DNA of 64,000 bases from Octopus bimaculoides (lineage: Eukaryota), in the NCBI RefSeq assembly GCF_001194135.2, contig NC_068997.1, positions 42,456,838 to 42,520,837 on the forward strand, in the 5' to 3' direction. Each line of letters opens with the position of its first letter. Position 1 is the first letter of the stretch. The notes below the pieces were generated by a model. The model was not told where the DNA came from. It saw only the letters and a program-made list of their open reading frames with translations, and did not search any database. The position numbers and the translations under genes are program-made. Shown here piece by piece: positions 62,451 through 64,000 of this stretch.

Positions 62451-63454
62451 ACACCAGAGACTGCATGAAGAGAGTAGTAGTTGTTGTCATTAACCCCCTG
62501 CAGCTGTTGTTCAGGGTCACCTTCAGTGTCCTCAGTGCCACAGGATCTGGCTATCTTATATTGGTCTTGTCAGCCATGTCTGCTCTCATGAGAAACAGTG
62601 TGCTGAGGGCATCAACTTTGATGGGTTGTCATAAGCAAGTTAGCAGTCATAAACATACTTGACTCACCAGTGTAAGGGGACTTTGAGACACCAGTGTTTT
62701 GACCTTATTGTGTGTCTCCTCAGTCAAAGCTATCCCCCTGGACTGATGAATTGTAACAAAATACAGGCTCTTGTTTATAGAAACCAGCAAATAAATTATT
62801 CCCTGATGTCTGCCAAACTGATAATAATTCATTGGCTGCATGCAGAAACAGCAAGAATCCAAGCAATAACCTACCTAGTCACCCTCAATACTTTCTGGCA
62901 GATTCAAACTTGAATATCTGATCTCTGTTGTTTATTATCATTGGAGAGCATCTCCTCCTTTTAGACAGCATGTGTTCATGAATGATTGTTATACTTATTC
63001 TTCACAGTTTTGTAAACTGAGGTGAGAAGTTAGGTACTTTGCACAAACCATCTGCTGCAGATATCCAGGTTCATACAGTGATTGTCCAATACATTATTGA
63101 TTTGGCATCATATCTTAAATCTATTTTATGCAGTTGTTAACTAAGTTTTTCTTATCTTGGAGATGTTTTTTGTTGTTGGTGTTGTTGTGGTGGTGGTGTG
63201 TGTAGTGTGTTTCTTGATGATGGGGAAAAATGTGTCACTATAGATATCTACTGGTCCTCTTGGTAGTGCGCTTAATCCTGCTTGTTGCAATCCATCTGGA
63301 CATTTGAGGGATAAATACGAAGATCTTAATGGAATGTTCAGCTAACATAGACTGGTATCCTATCTAGGTGGGGATTCATCTCCCATTTATGTAATGTTGC
63401 TGAAATTGGAGTTAAGTACCTCCTCCTCCTCCTCCTCCTCCCCCCTCCTCTTTT

Positions 63455-63810
63455 AATATCCGTTTTCCATGCTACTGGCATGGGTTGGACAAGTTGAGCA
63501 GAACGAGCAAGCTGGAGAGCTGCACCAGGTTCCAGTCAGATTTGGCTTGGTTTCCACAGCTGGGTGCCCGTCCTTAATACCAACCACTTTACAGTGTGTG
63601 CTAAGTGCCTTAAACATGGCACTGGCACGAGTGCTTTTATGTGGCGCTGGCACAGGGCTCTTGCTAGCATATCCTCTTCACCTGGGGGAACGGCTTTAAG
63701 ACTATTGCTGTGGAGAATGGGTCTTCTTGAGTACAGCAAGGCACCAGGTATCTCAGTCCTTTGTCATCTCATCTGAAAGGTTCAGCATCCGAGGTTGTCC
63801 TTCAATACAT
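63455..63810 (-). mobile_element. RTE-tail family D (minus strand, diverged)
   Basis: Reverse complement of the family D core (CCGTTTTCCATGCT...GGGTTGGAC...GTGCTTTTATGTGG). Confidence 0.7.
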
Positions 63811-63940
63811 TGTCATTTATGTTGTCAATTAGTTTGTTATCATTCGGGAAGCGGGGAAGGAAACTCTTCAGCATAACATGGAAACTCAGTTTTTAAATCC
63901 TTCATTTTTTTTTCTTCTTTTTCTTTCTCTTAGGCTAAAC

Positions 63941-64000
63941 ATGAAAGGTCTTGAAAGTCCTGTGAAGAAACGTGCTCGCTTGTCATTAAAAAGACGGGAG
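63941..64000 (+). CDS. First coding exon (truncated by the window) of an unidentified gene; basic NLS-like N-terminus
   Basis: Very long polypyrimidine tract plus TAG acceptor at 63933; AAACATG Kozak context; open frame MKGLESPVKKRARLSLKRRE to the window end. Confidence 0.6.
   Translation, partial: MKGLESPVKKRARLSLKRRE

Overview
AT-rich, repeat-dense animal genomic DNA with 10 N-gaps. The SINE families, the (TA)n/(CA)n load and the gene structure point to an octopus/cephalopod short-read assembly (inference). One complete protein-coding gene is well supported: COQ7/clk-1 (di-iron ubiquinone-biosynthesis hydroxylase), + strand, six coding exons from 7584 to 18220, 201 aa, all GT-AG introns in consistent phase. 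A second + strand gene probably starts near 47.1-47.4 kb, with its first coding exon at the window end (63941-64000). The rest is mostly tRNA-derived SINEs (four recurring families, labelled A-D here), degenerate LINE fragments (RLE-type, RTE, CR1/L2-like), a pogo/Tigger relic, hAT/mariner/Helitron-like non-autonomous elements and microsatellites. Nearly all ORFs in the supplied track are spurious repeat translations. Most notable observations: (i) six GG...CC-ended elements with 8-bp TSDs (Merlin-like), mostly palindromic and five with telomere-like TTAGGG/CCCTAA sequence, clustered near both gene 5' ends; (ii) a type I hammerhead-ribozyme-like motif at 51308-51372 whose two core-flanking defects are both A-C mismatches, which A-to-I editing would repair; (iii) a ~320-bp fold-back just downstream of the COQ7 stop; (iv) start-stop uORFs in both gene leaders. 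No CRISPR array, rRNA or bona fide tRNA gene was seen. All alignments and family calls were made by eye, without database searches.
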